From: Candidatus Enterenecus merdae
GTDB lineage: Bacteria; Bacillota; Clostridia; Oscillospirales; Oscillospiraceae
Length of the DNA stretch: 64,000 nucleotides
NCBI GenBank assembly: GCA_018716385.1
Contig: DVJZ01000041.1
Location: 3,485 to 67,484 of the forward strand
Direction: 5' to 3'
Made by a program: the position numbers and the translations under genes. Below the pieces are notes generated by a model. It saw nothing but the letters and a program-made list of their open reading frames with translations, had not been told where the DNA came from and searched no databases. Shown here piece by piece: positions 43,923-54,317 of this stretch. How positions within the stretch are numbered: position 1 is the stretch's first letter; each line of letters begins with the position of its first letter.

Positions 43923-44642
43923 CTATCTCTTTTTCAGCGCCTGCATCCGCCGGTGCAGGCAGTCCAGCGCGTCCCCCAGGCCACCCAGGTGGTCGATCAG
44001 CCCCACCCGCACCGCCTCCTCCCCGTAGACCACGCTGCCTACGTCGGCGGCCATCTCCCCGGTGTTGAGCATCAGCCCCTCAAAGTCCTTCCGACTGATG
44101 CGGCTGTTGCGGGTGACGAAGTCGCAGATCCGGTCCTGGATGCGCTCAAAATAGTGGAAAGTCTGGCTCACCCCGATCACCAGGCCGTTCAGACGCACCG
44201 GGTGGATGGTCATGGCCCCGGAGGGGACGATGAAGGACTCCTGGGCGGCCACCGCCAGGGGCACCCCGATGGAGTGCCCACCCCCCAGCACCAGCGAGAC
44301 GGTGGGCTTGCGCATCCCGGAGATCATCTCCGCGATGGCCAGCCCCGCCTCAATGTCCCCTCCCACGGTGTTGAGCAGGATCAGCAGCCCATCCACCTCC
44401 CCGCTCTCCTCCACCGCGGTGAGCAGGGGCAGCACATGCTCGTACTTGGTGGTCTTGGCCCCCTGGGCCGCCTCTTGATGGCCCTCGATCTGGCCCACGA
44501 TGGTCAGGGTATGGATGATCCCATCCCCGGTTTCGATGGTGGTGGACCCCATGTCCACCACCTGCTGCTGGCGCTGGCCCAGCCCTTGCTCCTGCTCCTG
44601 TCCGTCCTCCCGCCCCTGGTCAGGCTTTGTTGGCTCACACAT
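43923..44642 (-). CDS. tepA: ClpP-like TepA family protein
   Basis: TIVGQIEGH, TTKYEHVLP, LNTVGGDIEAGLAIAEMI, and SLVLGGGHSIGVPLAV motifs. Confidence 0.88.
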   Translation of the reverse strand: MCEPTKPDQGREDGQEQEQGLGQRQQQVVDMGSTTIETGDGIIHTLTIVGQIEGHQEAAQGAKTTKYEHVLPLLTAVEESGEVDGLLILLNTVGGDIEAGLAIAEMISGMRKPTVSLVLGGGHSIGVPLAVAAQESFIVPSGAMTIHPVRLNGLVIGVSQTFHYFERIQDRICDFVTRNSRISRKDFEGLMLNTGEMAADVGSVVYGEEAVRVGLIDHLGGLGDALDCLHRRMQALKKR

Positions 44643-44707
44643 GAAAACTCCCCCTTTTGCGGTAGTTTCCCGCAAAAGGGGGGTTTTATTCCCATCTGGG
44701 ATCGGCC

Positions 44708-46111
44708 TCAGCCCTCGTACACCGCCTTGCAGGCGGCGTAGGTCATGTAGCAGTCCAGCTTGGACACCGTCTCAAAGGGGGAGTGCATGCTCAGCACGGG
44801 CACCCCTGCGTCCAGGGTGTCGATGTTCCGGTTGGCCATGTAGCAGGCCACGGTGCCGCCGCCCCCCTGATCCACCTTTCCCAGTTCTGCCATCTGCCAC
44901 AGGATGTTCCGGTCATCCAGCAGGCGGCGGACATAGGCCACCGCCTCCGCCCCCGCGTCCGATGCCCCCGCCTTGCCCCGGGAGCCGGTGTACTTGCACA
45001 GGCCAACCCCCTGGTTGACCATGGCCGAGTTGTTCTTCTCATAGACCTCGGTAAAGTTGGGATCATAGGCGGCAGTGACGTCACAGGACAGGCAGAAGGA
45101 CTTCTCCAGGCAGGCCCGCACCTTCACGTTCTGGCTGTCACACAGGTCGTTCATAAACGTATCAAAGAAAGCCGACTGCATCCCGGACACCCCCTCCGAG
45201 CCGATCTCCTCCTTGTCCGCCAGCACGCACACGGCGGTGCGGCAGGGGGTGCCGCCCAGGTCCAGCAGCGCCTTGAGCCCGGCGTAGGCACACACCCGGT
45301 CGTCCTGGCCGTAGGCCCCAATGAGGGAGCGGTCAAAGCCGATGTCGGTGGCATTGAAAGCGGGCACGGCCTCGATCTCCGCGGAGATAAAGTCCGCCTC
45401 AGTGATGCCGTAGCGCTGGTGCAACAGCTGGAGTACCATCAGCTTCACCCGGTTGGTCCCCTCCTCCCCCCGCAGGGGACGGCTGCCCACCAGGATGTTC
45501 AAGCTCTCTCCGGGGATGGCCTCCCCCAAGGGCTTCTTGGCATGGTCGGCCCCCAGGTGGGGCAGCAGGTCGTCGATGGTGAACTGGGGGTCCTCCGGAG
45601 CGCTCCCCACGGACACGTCCACCAGCGAGCCGTCCTTCAGCGCCACCACCCCCCGCAGCTCCAGGGGGATGGCCACCCACTGATACTTGCGGATGCCACC
45701 GTAGTAGTGGGTCTTGAGGAAGGCCAGCTCGCTGTCCTCATACAGGGGCGTGGGTTTCAGGTCCAAGCGGGGACTGTCAATGTGGGCGGCCACGATGGAC
45801 ACCCCCTGGTCCATGGGAGCCGAGCCGATGACGGCCAGGTTTACCGCCCGGCCCCGATTCACCCGGTAGACCTTCATGCCCGGGGTCAGGGTCATCCCCC
45901 GCTCCAGCTCCACAAAGCCGGCGGCCTTGGCCAGCTCCATGGCGTAGGCCACGCAGCCCCGCTCGGTCTTGCCCCGGTCCAGAAAACGTTTGTACCCCTC
46001 ACAATAGCCAAAGATCTCCTGCTCCTTGTCCTGGTCCACCACGTCCCAGCCGTTCTTTTTCTGATACAGCAGCTTATCCCGCAGCTGCCCGGCGGCAGTC
46101 CTGTCTTGCAT
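44708..46111 (-). CDS. M18 family aminopeptidase
   Basis: AHIDSPRLDLKP, KTHYYGGIRKYQW, GQDDRVC, KEEIGS, and SMHSP motifs. Confidence 0.93.
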   Translation of the reverse strand: MQDRTAAGQLRDKLLYQKKNGWDVVDQDKEQEIFGYCEGYKRFLDRGKTERGCVAYAMELAKAAGFVELERGMTLTPGMKVYRVNRGRAVNLAVIGSAPMDQGVSIVAAHIDSPRLDLKPTPLYEDSELAFLKTHYYGGIRKYQWVAIPLELRGVVALKDGSLVDVSVGSAPEDPQFTIDDLLPHLGADHAKKPLGEAIPGESLNILVGSRPLRGEEGTNRVKLMVLQLLHQRYGITEADFISAEIEAVPAFNATDIGFDRSLIGAYGQDDRVCAYAGLKALLDLGGTPCRTAVCVLADKEEIGSEGVSGMQSAFFDTFMNDLCDSQNVKVRACLEKSFCLSCDVTAAYDPNFTEVYEKNNSAMVNQGVGLCKYTGSRGKAGASDAGAEAVAYVRRLLDDRNILWQMAELGKVDQGGGGTVACYMANRNIDTLDAGVPVLSMHSPFETVSKLDCYMTYAACKAVYEG

Positions 46112-46113
46112 GT

Positions 46114-46722
46114 TTACACCTCTCCTTTATTGATGATGGGCTCAAACAACGCCCGGGCCTGTGCCTCCAGCTGGGCCTGATCATCCCCGTCGTTGCGCAG
46201 CACATAGTCGCACCGCTGGGCGAAGTATTCCTCCCCCTTCTGGGCGGTCGCCCGGAGCCGGGCGTATCCCTCGTCGATGCCCTCCCGGGCCATGATGCGC
46301 TTCACCCGCACCTGCTCCGAGGCCACCACGGCCACGGTCACGTCGCAGTCCCGGCCCAGCCCGCTCTCCAGCAGGGCGATGGCGTCCACCGCCGCGGCGG
46401 GCCGTCCAGCCCGGGCCGCCCGGGCCAACTGCCGGCGCACCGCCCGGCGGATATACCGGTGGGTGATGGCCTCCAGCCGGGCCAGGGCCTGGGGATCGTC
46501 AAAGACGATGGCCCCCAGCTGCTTGCGCCGCAGCGCCCCGTCAGGGCCGAAGATGTCTGGGCCAAAGGCCGTCCGCAGCGCCCGGCGCATGGGCCGGCAG
46601 GTTTCGGTCAGCCGGTGGTAGAGCGCGTCGCAGTCCAGAACCAACGCCCCCATTCCCTCCAGCACCCGCAGCACCGTGGTCTTGCCCGCCCCCGTGGGAC
46701 CGGTGATGCCAATGACGGTCAT
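46114..46722 (-). CDS. coaE: Dephospho-CoA kinase
   Basis: MTVIGITGPTGAGKTTV, LDCD, and DAIALLE motifs. Confidence 0.92.
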   Translation of the reverse strand: MTVIGITGPTGAGKTTVLRVLEGMGALVLDCDALYHRLTETCRPMRRALRTAFGPDIFGPDGALRRKQLGAIVFDDPQALARLEAITHRYIRRAVRRQLARAARAGRPAAAVDAIALLESGLGRDCDVTVAVVASEQVRVKRIMAREGIDEGYARLRATAQKGEEYFAQRCDYVLRNDGDDQAQLEAQARALFEPIINKGEV

Positions 46723-47990
46723 GGCCCTGCCCCCTCTACCTCTGCTCCCAGCGCCTCTTGGATCGCCTTCCGGCTCAGCCCGCCCTGACGCAGGATGCGG
46801 TAGGGGGTGACGGTGAGGTCCAGGATGGTGGACTCCACCCCCACCGCGCACTCCCCCCCGTCCAGCACCGCCCCGATCCGCCCGGCCAGCTGGGCCAGTA
46901 CCTGGTCCGCTGACTTGGGACTGGGCTGCCCTGAGCGGTTGGCGGAGGGACAGGCCAGCGGCCGGCCCAGCGTCCGGATCACCGCCAGGGTGTCCGGATG
47001 GTCGGGACAGCGCACCCCTTGGGTGTCTCCCCCCGCCGTCACCTGTGGGGGCAACACACCCCGCCCCCGCAGGATCATGGTCAGCGGGCCAGGCCAGAAG
47101 GCCCGCGCCAGCGTGTAGGCGTCAGGCGGAATCCCTTCACAGATCTGCTCCACCATCATCATACCGTCCACCAGCACGTTCAGCGCCTTGCCCTCCGGCC
47201 GGCCCTTGGCGGTGTAAATGGCTTGCACCGCCCCAGCCTGGGTGGCATCGGCGGCCAGGCCGTACACCGTCTCCGTGGGCAGGGCCACCAGTACACCCCC
47301 GGACAGCAGCTCCGCCGCTGCCTGGACATCACCTGCCTCCAGCAGGCGGGTGCCGGTGGCAGCCTCCACCAGCTGGAGGGGATGGTCCAGCAACAGCTCC
47401 GCCCCCTCCAGTTCCTCCCGATCCCGGAAGCCCCACAGCACGCCGCAGGACGCTGTTCCGGCCGCCTGGGCCACCCGCAGGTCCGCCCCGCTGTCTCCCA
47501 CCATCATGGCATCCTCTGGCGATGCCCCCAGCCGGTCCAGCACCTGGCGCAGCAGGGTGGGGTCTGGCTTTACCGGCAGGCCGGGCAGCGCCCCCTGTAC
47601 CCAGGAAAAGACCCCGGGAAAATGGCTCTCCACCAGCTGCACGGTCAGCGGATGTGCCTTGTTGGAAAGCACCGCCAACCCCACACCAGCGGCCTTGAGC
47701 GCCGCCAGGGCCCGGGTTATTCCGGGATAGGGGACGGTGCGCTCGTCCAGGTGATCCTGGTAGTAGGCGATGAACTGCTCCGTGGCGGCCTGCACCGCCT
47801 CCCAACCCGTCCCTTCCGGAGCCATCCGGGATATCAAATTTGGAATGCCGCCCCCCACCATACGCCGGTAAGCCGCCGGCGGGAAGGTGGGCCATCCGTT
47901 GGCCCGGCAAACATGATTGCCCGCCGCGGCCAGGTCCTCGATGGTGTTGAGCAGGGTGCCATCCAGGTCAAAGATCACATGGCGCTTCAT
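46719..47990 (-). CDS. tsaC: Fusion of a HAD-IA phosphatase with L-threonylcarbamoyladenylate synthase (TsaC/YrdC)
   Basis: N-half has HAD motifs DLDGTL, SNK, KPDP and GDSGAD. C-half has PTETVYGL, KGRP, FWPGPLT and PSANRSG. Confidence 0.9.
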   Translation of the reverse strand: MKRHVIFDLDGTLLNTIEDLAAAGNHVCRANGWPTFPPAAYRRMVGGGIPNLISRMAPEGTGWEAVQAATEQFIAYYQDHLDERTVPYPGITRALAALKAAGVGLAVLSNKAHPLTVQLVESHFPGVFSWVQGALPGLPVKPDPTLLRQVLDRLGASPEDAMMVGDSGADLRVAQAAGTASCGVLWGFRDREELEGAELLLDHPLQLVEAATGTRLLEAGDVQAAAELLSGGVLVALPTETVYGLAADATQAGAVQAIYTAKGRPEGKALNVLVDGMMMVEQICEGIPPDAYTLARAFWPGPLTMILRGRGVLPPQVTAGGDTQGVRCPDHPDTLAVIRTLGRPLACPSANRSGQPSPKSADQVLAQLAGRIGAVLDGGECAVGVESTILDLTVTPYRILRQGGLSRKAIQEALGAEVEGAGP

Positions 47991-47995
47991 CCCCC

Positions 47996-49063
47996 TCACC
48001 CCCCTTGCTGGGCCAGCTGCTGGGCCTGCTGGGCAGCGGCCAGGCTGTCGATGATCTCGTCCAGATCGCCGTCCATCACCGCCTCCAGCTTGTACAGCGT
48101 CAGTCCCACCCGGTGATCCGTCAGCCGCCCCTGGGGGAAGTTGTAGGTGCGGATGCGCTCATTGCGCATCCCTGTGCCGATCTGGCTGCGCCGGGCCTGG
48201 CCATACTCTTCCTGGAGCCGGGTCTGCTCCTGCTCGTACAGCCGGGAGGCCAGCAGGCGCATGGCCCGCTCCCGGTTCTGGAACTGGCTGCGCTCCTGCT
48301 GGCACTCCACCACGGTGCCCGTGGGCCGGTGGATCAGGCGCACCGCAGAGGAGGTCTTATTCACATGCTGCCCCCCCGCGCCCGAGGCCCGGTAGACCTG
48401 CATCTCCACCTCCGCCGGATTGAGCTGCACGTCCACCTCCTCCATCTCGGGCAGCACCGCCACCGTGGCTGTGCTGGTGTGCACCCGGCCCCCCGACTCC
48501 GTCTCGGGCACCCGCTGCACCCGGTGCACCCCACTCTCAAACTTCAGCCGGGACCAGGCCCCCTCTCCAATCACTGTAAAGGAGATTTCCTTAATCCCTC
48601 CAAGCTCTGTTTCGCTGACCGTGTTCACCTCCACCCGCCAGCCTTTGCCCTCGGCGTACATGGTGTACATCCGCACCAGGCTGCGGGCGAACAGGGCCGA
48701 TTCCTCTCCCCCCACACCGGCCCGGATCTCCACGATCACATTGCGGTTGTCGTTGGGATCCCTGGGGAGCAGCAGCAGCTTGATCTCCCCCTCCAGCCGC
48801 TCCACCTCCTGCCGGGCCCGCCGCTGTTCTTCCTGGGCCAGCTCCCGCAGCTCCGGATCAGCCAACAGCCCTTGGGCCTCCGCCAGGGCCGATTGGGCCT
48901 TGGCCAGGGCACGGCAGGCGCTGGCCAGCGGCTCCAGCTCCCGCTGCTCCCGGTTGAGCCGGGACACCAGCTCGGGATCGGCATAGGTCTCATTGGCCGC
49001 CAGCTGGGCCTCGATCTGGGCGTAGCGCAGCTCGATTTCCTTCAGTTGATCCATCCCGTCCAC
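47996..49063 (-). CDS. prfA: Peptide chain release factor 1
   Basis: [26 protein letters not shown] (PxT motif), GAGGQHVN, and RTYNFPQGR. Confidence 0.96.
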   Translation of the reverse strand: MDGMDQLKEIELRYAQIEAQLAANETYADPELVSRLNREQRELEPLASACRALAKAQSALAEAQGLLADPELRELAQEEQRRARQEVERLEGEIKLLLLPRDPNDNRNVIVEIRAGVGGEESALFARSLVRMYTMYAEGKGWRVEVNTVSETELGGIKEISFTVIGEGAWSRLKFESGVHRVQRVPETESGGRVHTSTATVAVLPEMEEVDVQLNPAEVEMQVYRASGAGGQHVNKTSSAVRLIHRPTGTVVECQQERSQFQNRERAMRLLASRLYEQEQTRLQEEYGQARRSQIGTGMRNERIRTYNFPQGRLTDHRVGLTLYKLEAVMDGDLDEIIDSLAAAQQAQQLAQQGG

Positions 49064-49090
49064 CTCCTCCCGCCTGGCCCGGCGGGCCGG

Positions 49091-49741
49091 TCAGGCGGCA
49101 AACTCTCGATCCAGCAGGAAGGATTTCACCAGGGCCTGTGGCTCCCGGATATACATTTGCAGCCGGGCAGCCAGATCGCTGGACGGGGCGGCCAGGGTGG
49201 ACACCGTCCCCATCCCCTGGCGCTGGGCCAGCATCCGCACCCGGGCCAGGTGGAAACCGTTGGACACCACCAGCAGCTTCCCCTCCCAGTCCACCCCCGC
49301 CCGCTCCAGCACAGCCCGGGAGTAGGCCAGGTTCTGGTTGGTGTTGTGAGAGCGGTCCTCCAGCAGGATCTGGCCCTCCGGAACGCCGTGAGCCATCAGG
49401 TAGTCCGCCATCCCCCGGGCCTCGGTATCCGGCTCGTTGGGCCCCTGCCCGCCAGATACCACCACGGTCATGTCCGGATGGTCGGCCAGATAGGCCAGCG
49501 CCTCGTCTAATCGGTCCCGCAGCAGGTCCGACGGCCCATCCTCCTTCAACTGGCAGCCCAGGATGAGCATCACGGAGGGCTGGCCGTAGAGCTCGTCATG
49601 GCCGCCGGCCAGCACGATACCCAACAGCGTGCCAAATGCCAGCGCCCCGGCCAGGATGAGCCCCAGCAGGGCGATGAGCAGCTTTCTGCCCCATCCCATG
49701 GGACGCTTGCCCTGGTAGGGCCGATATCCTTTCCCGCTCAT
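49091..49741 (-). CDS. YdcF/DUF218 family membrane-anchored protein
   Basis: N-terminal TM segment; LILGC, LRDRLDEA, SGGQG, EDRSHNT, and SNGFHLAR motifs. Confidence 0.85.
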   Translation of the reverse strand: MSGKGYRPYQGKRPMGWGRKLLIALLGLILAGALAFGTLLGIVLAGGHDELYGQPSVMLILGCQLKEDGPSDLLRDRLDEALAYLADHPDMTVVVSGGQGPNEPDTEARGMADYLMAHGVPEGQILLEDRSHNTNQNLAYSRAVLERAGVDWEGKLLVVSNGFHLARVRMLAQRQGMGTVSTLAAPSSDLAARLQMYIREPQALVKSFLLDREFAA

Positions 49742-51642
49742 CCCCTGGCCTCCTCCAACTGGGCGGCCAGCTGCTCCCACTGAGTATACAAACGGGCCAG
49801 CTCATCCTCCAGCTCCTCCCGTTGCTGGTACAGCTCCTGGAGCTTCAGATAGTCGCAAGCGGCTTGCTCCATCTCCTGGGACAGCTCGTCCAGCCGGACC
49901 TCCGCCTTTTCCACCGCCCGCTCCGCCGCCCGCACCTGCTTCTCCAGTTCCTTGGTGCCTCCGGGGCGCCGCGGCTTTTCCTTGGGGAGCTCTGGGGTGG
50001 GAGCGGCCTGCTTGGGAGCAACCTTCCCCTGGGCCCGCCGCTCCCGCCAGGCGCGAAATTCCCGGTATGTGCCCCGGAAGTCGGTGATGCCCCCGTCCTC
50101 CAACATCCAGATCCGGTCGGCGAACTTCTCAATGAAGTACCGGTCGTGGGAGACGAACAGCAGGTTGCCCCCGTATTCGGCCACCGCCTGCTCAATCCAC
50201 TCCCGGGAGTCGATGTCCAGGTGATTGGTTGGCTCGTCCAGGATCAGCAGGTTGATCCGGCTGTCCATAAGCATACACAGCCGCAGCCGGGATTGCTCCC
50301 CGCCGGACAGGGCGGACACCGGCTTGAACACCTCCTCCCCCCGGAAATGGAAGGCGGCCAACCGATCCCGGGCCTGCTGGGTGGAGCAGTTTTGGGCGTA
50401 CAGCATGGTGTCCACCAGGTTGCGTTCCGGCCGGTCAAAGTGGATGATCTGGGGCAGATACCCCGCCCGGATGGACGGGCCCAGGTAGACTGTGCCTCCG
50501 TCGGCCGGCTCCTCTCCCAGCAGGATCTTCAGGAAGGTGGACTTGCCCGCCCCGTTGTCCCCCAATAGGGCGATGCGCTCTCCCCCGGCCACCTCCAGGT
50601 TCACCCCGGAAAACAGCTCCCGTCCCCCAAAGGATTTGGACAGTCCGGTGATCACCACCGCCTCATCCCCGTGAAACTCCCGTTCCCCAAACCGGGCGGT
50701 GAGCTTTCGCTCACGGGTGGGCTTGTCGGTGGTGCGCATGCGCTCAATGCGCCGCTCCATGTGGATGGCCCGGCGATACTGCTTGTCGTTGCCCTGGAAG
50801 GCCCACAGGCGCATCTGCTGGGCCGCCTGCTCCAGCTGGGCGATCTTGGCCTGTTCCTTTTCATACTGGCGCAGCCGCTCCTGATACCGCCGCTCCTTCT
50901 CCTCCACATAGAAGGAGTAGTTCCCGGAATACAGCTCCGCCTTGCCGTCGTGGACCTCCACCACCCGTTTGACCACCTTGTCCAGAAACCAGCGGTCATG
51001 GGAGATGGCCAGCACCGTGCCCGAAAACTGCTCCAGATACTCCTCCAGCCACTCGGTGGCCTTCAGGTCCAGGTGGTTGGTGGGCTCGTCCAGCAGCAGG
51101 ATGTCCGTGTCCTCCAAGATCAGCCGGGCCAGGTTGATCCGGGTCTTCTCCCCGCCGGATAGCGCGGAAAAGAGCCGCTGGCGCATCTCTGCGTCAATGT
51201 TCAGCCCGTTGCATACCTTGTTCAGCCGGGTCTGGGTATCATACCCGCCACGGGCCTCAAAGGCGGCTGACAGCGCGTCGTACCGTTCCAACACCTGGGG
51301 GGAGCTGTCCTGCCCCATCTGGGCGGCCAGCCGCCCCAGCTCCGCCTCCAGCTCCCGCAGGGGGGCGAAGGCCCGCTCCAGCACGTCCTGCACCCGGTCC
51401 TGGGGCGGGTAGACCGGGATCTGGGAGATCAGCCCCAGCCGCTTGCCCGGGGCGGTGGCCACCGTGCCCTCATCGGGCTCCACCTGCCCGGTGAGGATGC
51501 GGAAGATGGTGGTCTTGCCCGCTCCGTTCCGGCCCAGCAGCCCCACCCGCTCCCCGCTGTCCACCTGGAGGGAAAAGCCGTCCAGCACCCGGCGGCCCAC
51601 CTCAAATTCCTTGACCAGGCCGGTCATCTGGATCTCAATCAT
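49738..51642 (-). CDS. ABC-F family ATPase
   Basis: Two NBDs (GRNGAGKTT, LSGGEK, LDEPTNHLD; GDNGAGKST, LSGGEQ), no TM domain, and a coiled-coil C-terminal tail. Confidence 0.93.
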   Translation of the reverse strand: MIEIQMTGLVKEFEVGRRVLDGFSLQVDSGERVGLLGRNGAGKTTIFRILTGQVEPDEGTVATAPGKRLGLISQIPVYPPQDRVQDVLERAFAPLRELEAELGRLAAQMGQDSSPQVLERYDALSAAFEARGGYDTQTRLNKVCNGLNIDAEMRQRLFSALSGGEKTRINLARLILEDTDILLLDEPTNHLDLKATEWLEEYLEQFSGTVLAISHDRWFLDKVVKRVVEVHDGKAELYSGNYSFYVEEKERRYQERLRQYEKEQAKIAQLEQAAQQMRLWAFQGNDKQYRRAIHMERRIERMRTTDKPTRERKLTARFGEREFHGDEAVVITGLSKSFGGRELFSGVNLEVAGGERIALLGDNGAGKSTFLKILLGEEPADGGTVYLGPSIRAGYLPQIIHFDRPERNLVDTMLYAQNCSTQQARDRLAAFHFRGEEVFKPVSALSGGEQSRLRLCMLMDSRINLLILDEPTNHLDIDSREWIEQAVAEYGGNLLFVSHDRYFIEKFADRIWMLEDGGITDFRGTYREFRAWRERRAQGKVAPKQAAPTPELPKEKPRRPGGTKELEKQVRAAERAVEKAEVRLDELSQEMEQAACDYLKLQELYQQREELEDELARLYTQWEQLAAQLEEARG

Positions 51643-51674
51643 ACCCGCACCCCCCTTCTCCGGCGGCCCAGCCC

Positions 51675-53063
51675 CTACTGGGGCACGTGGGCCAGCAAGT
51701 AGTCTACAATCCGTTCAAAGGCCATAGAGCGGGATGCCTTGACCAAAATGGTGGATCCGGCGCGCAGCTCCCGCAGCAGGGCCGGCTCAGCCTGTTCCAG
51801 CTCGGGGTAGTAGTCCACCTGCTCCAGGCCCGCCTCCCGGGCCCCCTCGGCAATGAACCGGGCCTGGTCTCCCACGGCGATCAGCCGGTCCGTCCCCGCC
51901 TGGGCAAAGTAACCCCCCACCGCCCGGTGGAAGGCCTGGCTGCTACTCCCCAGCTCCTTCATATCCCCCACCACGGCCACCTTCCGGCGCCCCTTGGCAT
52001 CCCCCAGCACCGCGGCGGCCGCCCGCATGGACTGGGGGCTGGCGTTGTACGCGTCGTTGAGGATCATGATGTCCCCCGGGCAGCGCACCACGTTCATGCG
52101 CATCTTGGTGGGCAGGAAAGCCCGCACCCCCTGGGTGATCTCATCCCCTCCCATGCCAAAGCGCTCAGCGATGGCAGCAGCCATCAGGGTGGGATAGACC
52201 ATGTGGGCCCCAAGGGCGGGGATCTCCACGGAAAACTGGGCCGACGGGGTGCGCACCGTGCAGCTCAAGTGGGTGGCCCCATCGCTGTCCACGTCCAGGG
52301 CGGTGTAGTCCATCCCCTCTTCCCGGCCCACGAACCGCGCGGGCTGGGACAGCTTGCCCCGCAGGGTGGCCAGCAAGGGATCGTCCCCGTTGAGGATGGC
52401 CAGCCCGCCCGGCTTCAGGTGGTGGAAGATCTCACACTTGGCCTGGAAGATGGCCTCCCGGCTGCCCAGGTTCTCCATGTGGGAATCGCCGATATTGGTT
52501 ACCACCGCCACGTCAGGCTCCACCAGCTGGCTGAGGTAGTCGATCTCACCGGCCCGATCCATGCCAAGCTCCACCACGCAGACCTCATGCCGGCGCTCCA
52601 GCCCCAGCAGGGTCAGCGGTACGCCGATGTCGTTGTTGTAGTTGCCCTCGGTCTTGTGCACCTGGTAACGCACGCTGAGCACCGCCGCCACCATGTCCTT
52701 GGTGGTGGTCTTGCCCACCGAGCCGGTAATGGCCACAAAGGGGATGGGGAAGCGTTGCTTGTAGTACCAGGCTAAATCCCGCAGCGCCCGCTGGGTGGAG
52801 CGCACCTTCACATAGAACTTCCCCGGCAGGTACCGCTCCCGCTCCCGGGCCGTCAGGCAGCCCACCGCCCCGGCCTCCAGCGCGTCCTGGAGGAAGGCGT
52901 GGCCGTCAAACCGCTCCCCCTCCAGGGGCAGGAACAGCGAGCCCGGCTCGATCTGCCGGCTGTCGGTGCACACGCCGGTAAAGGCCGTGTCCAGATCGGT
53001 GACCTCGCCCAATAGCACGCCGTCCACCGCCTCCAGAAGCTGGCCCAAACTCAACGCTTCCAT
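51675..53063 (-). CDS. murF: UDP-MurNAc-tripeptide--D-Ala-D-Ala ligase
   Basis: DSRQI, ITGSVGKTTTKDM, NYNNDIGVP, NDAYNASP, and KASRSM motifs. Start MEALSL at 53063. Confidence 0.95.
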   Translation of the reverse strand: MEALSLGQLLEAVDGVLLGEVTDLDTAFTGVCTDSRQIEPGSLFLPLEGERFDGHAFLQDALEAGAVGCLTARERERYLPGKFYVKVRSTQRALRDLAWYYKQRFPIPFVAITGSVGKTTTKDMVAAVLSVRYQVHKTEGNYNNDIGVPLTLLGLERRHEVCVVELGMDRAGEIDYLSQLVEPDVAVVTNIGDSHMENLGSREAIFQAKCEIFHHLKPGGLAILNGDDPLLATLRGKLSQPARFVGREEGMDYTALDVDSDGATHLSCTVRTPSAQFSVEIPALGAHMVYPTLMAAAIAERFGMGGDEITQGVRAFLPTKMRMNVVRCPGDIMILNDAYNASPQSMRAAAAVLGDAKGRRKVAVVGDMKELGSSSQAFHRAVGGYFAQAGTDRLIAVGDQARFIAEGAREAGLEQVDYYPELEQAEPALLRELRAGSTILVKASRSMAFERIVDYLLAHVPQ

Positions 53064-53097
53064 CCCAGCGCCCTCCCCTCTTGGATCCTTCCCTTCC

Positions 53098-54144
53098 TCA
53101 CTGCCCCGCCTCCCGGGCCTTCCGCGAGGCCTCCAGGATGCGCTGGCACAGCGCCCCATACCCCAGGCCGGCCGCCTGGGCCTGCTGGGGCACCAGGCTG
53201 GTGGGGGTCATGCCCGGCAGGGTGTTGATCTCCAAAAACCAAGGGGTGCCGTCGGGGGTGACGATAAAATCCGCCCGGGCGTACACCTGTAGCCCCAGCG
53301 CCCGGAACACCGTCAGCGCCGCCGCTCCCAGCCGCCGCTCCCACTCCGGCGGGATGGGGGCAGGGCAGATCTCCCGCGCCGCCCCAGGCTGGTACTTGTG
53401 CTCGTAGTCGTAAAACCCCTGTTCGGGGATGATCTCAATGGAGGGCAGGGCCCGGTCCTCCAGGATGCCCACCTGGATCTCCCGGCCGGCCACATACTGC
53501 TCTACCACGCACTGGCCGCCCTGGGCCAGCCCCAGCTCCAAAGCCTGGCGCAGCTCCTCCCGGCTGTGGGCGATGGACACCCCGATGGACGAACCCGAAG
53601 CCACCGGCTTGACCACGCAGGGGATGTCCAACCGGTCCAGCAGGCCGGGCAGGTCCGCCGCCCCGTAGTCGATCCGCTCCCACTTGGGAGTGGCCACTCC
53701 CAGAGGGGCTACCAGCCGCTTGGTCAGGTCTTTGTCCATAGCGAGGGCGCTGCCCAGATGGCCCGAGCCGGTGTAGGGAATACCCAGCAGATCAAAGGCC
53801 GCCTGCACCCGCCCGTCCTCGCCGCAGGCCCCGTGCAGGGCCAGAAAGACCATGTCCGCCCCCTGGCACAGCTCCAGCACCCCTGGGCCAAACAGGCTCG
53901 TCCCTCCGCCGGGACGGGCGGCCTTGACCTGCTCCAGGTCAGGGGCCTGCCGGTCCACCTGGGCCCCCTGGGCGGGCAAGGGGGCGGTAAAGAGGTCTTC
54001 CCCCAGGGCGGATACCCCCAGGTACATATCCACCAGCGCCGCCTGGTGCCCCCCCTCCCGCAGGGCCTGGCACACCATGGTCCCACTGGATAGGGACACG
54101 TTTCGCTCCGGGCTCAATCCTCCCGCCAGCACCACGATTCTCAT
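53098..54144 (-). CDS. ddl: D-alanine--D-alanine ligase
   Basis: GGLSPERNVS, LHGACGEDG, SSIG, FYDYEHKY, and EINTLPGMT motifs. Confidence 0.95.
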   Translation of the reverse strand: MRIVVLAGGLSPERNVSLSSGTMVCQALREGGHQAALVDMYLGVSALGEDLFTAPLPAQGAQVDRQAPDLEQVKAARPGGGTSLFGPGVLELCQGADMVFLALHGACGEDGRVQAAFDLLGIPYTGSGHLGSALAMDKDLTKRLVAPLGVATPKWERIDYGAADLPGLLDRLDIPCVVKPVASGSSIGVSIAHSREELRQALELGLAQGGQCVVEQYVAGREIQVGILEDRALPSIEIIPEQGFYDYEHKYQPGAAREICPAPIPPEWERRLGAAALTVFRALGLQVYARADFIVTPDGTPWFLEINTLPGMTPTSLVPQQAQAAGLGYGALCQRILEASRKAREAGQ

Positions 54145-54317
54145 CTTCTTGATGCCTCCCCCCGCTCCGTCATCCGGCGCTTTTGCCCTATGCGCGCGCC
54201 GCCCGGGACTTCCTTTCCAGTATATGCGCCCGTCCCGGCCGCAGTACCCATGTCAAACAGGCTCTCATTATACCACGCTTTGCCCCCACCGGCAAGGGTG
54301 CAAGTCACATAGAACCC

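Noticed and set aside
49738-51642. Antibiotic-resistance ABC-F
   Set aside because: It lies in a housekeeping operon with core-like codon usage and a Uup-like coiled-coil tail. Nothing indicates the ARE subfamily.
53098-54144. Van-type D-Ala-D-Lac ligase
   Set aside because: The omega loop reads FYDYEHKY (the Tyr type of D-Ala-D-Ala ligases), it is adjacent to murF, and there are no van genes.
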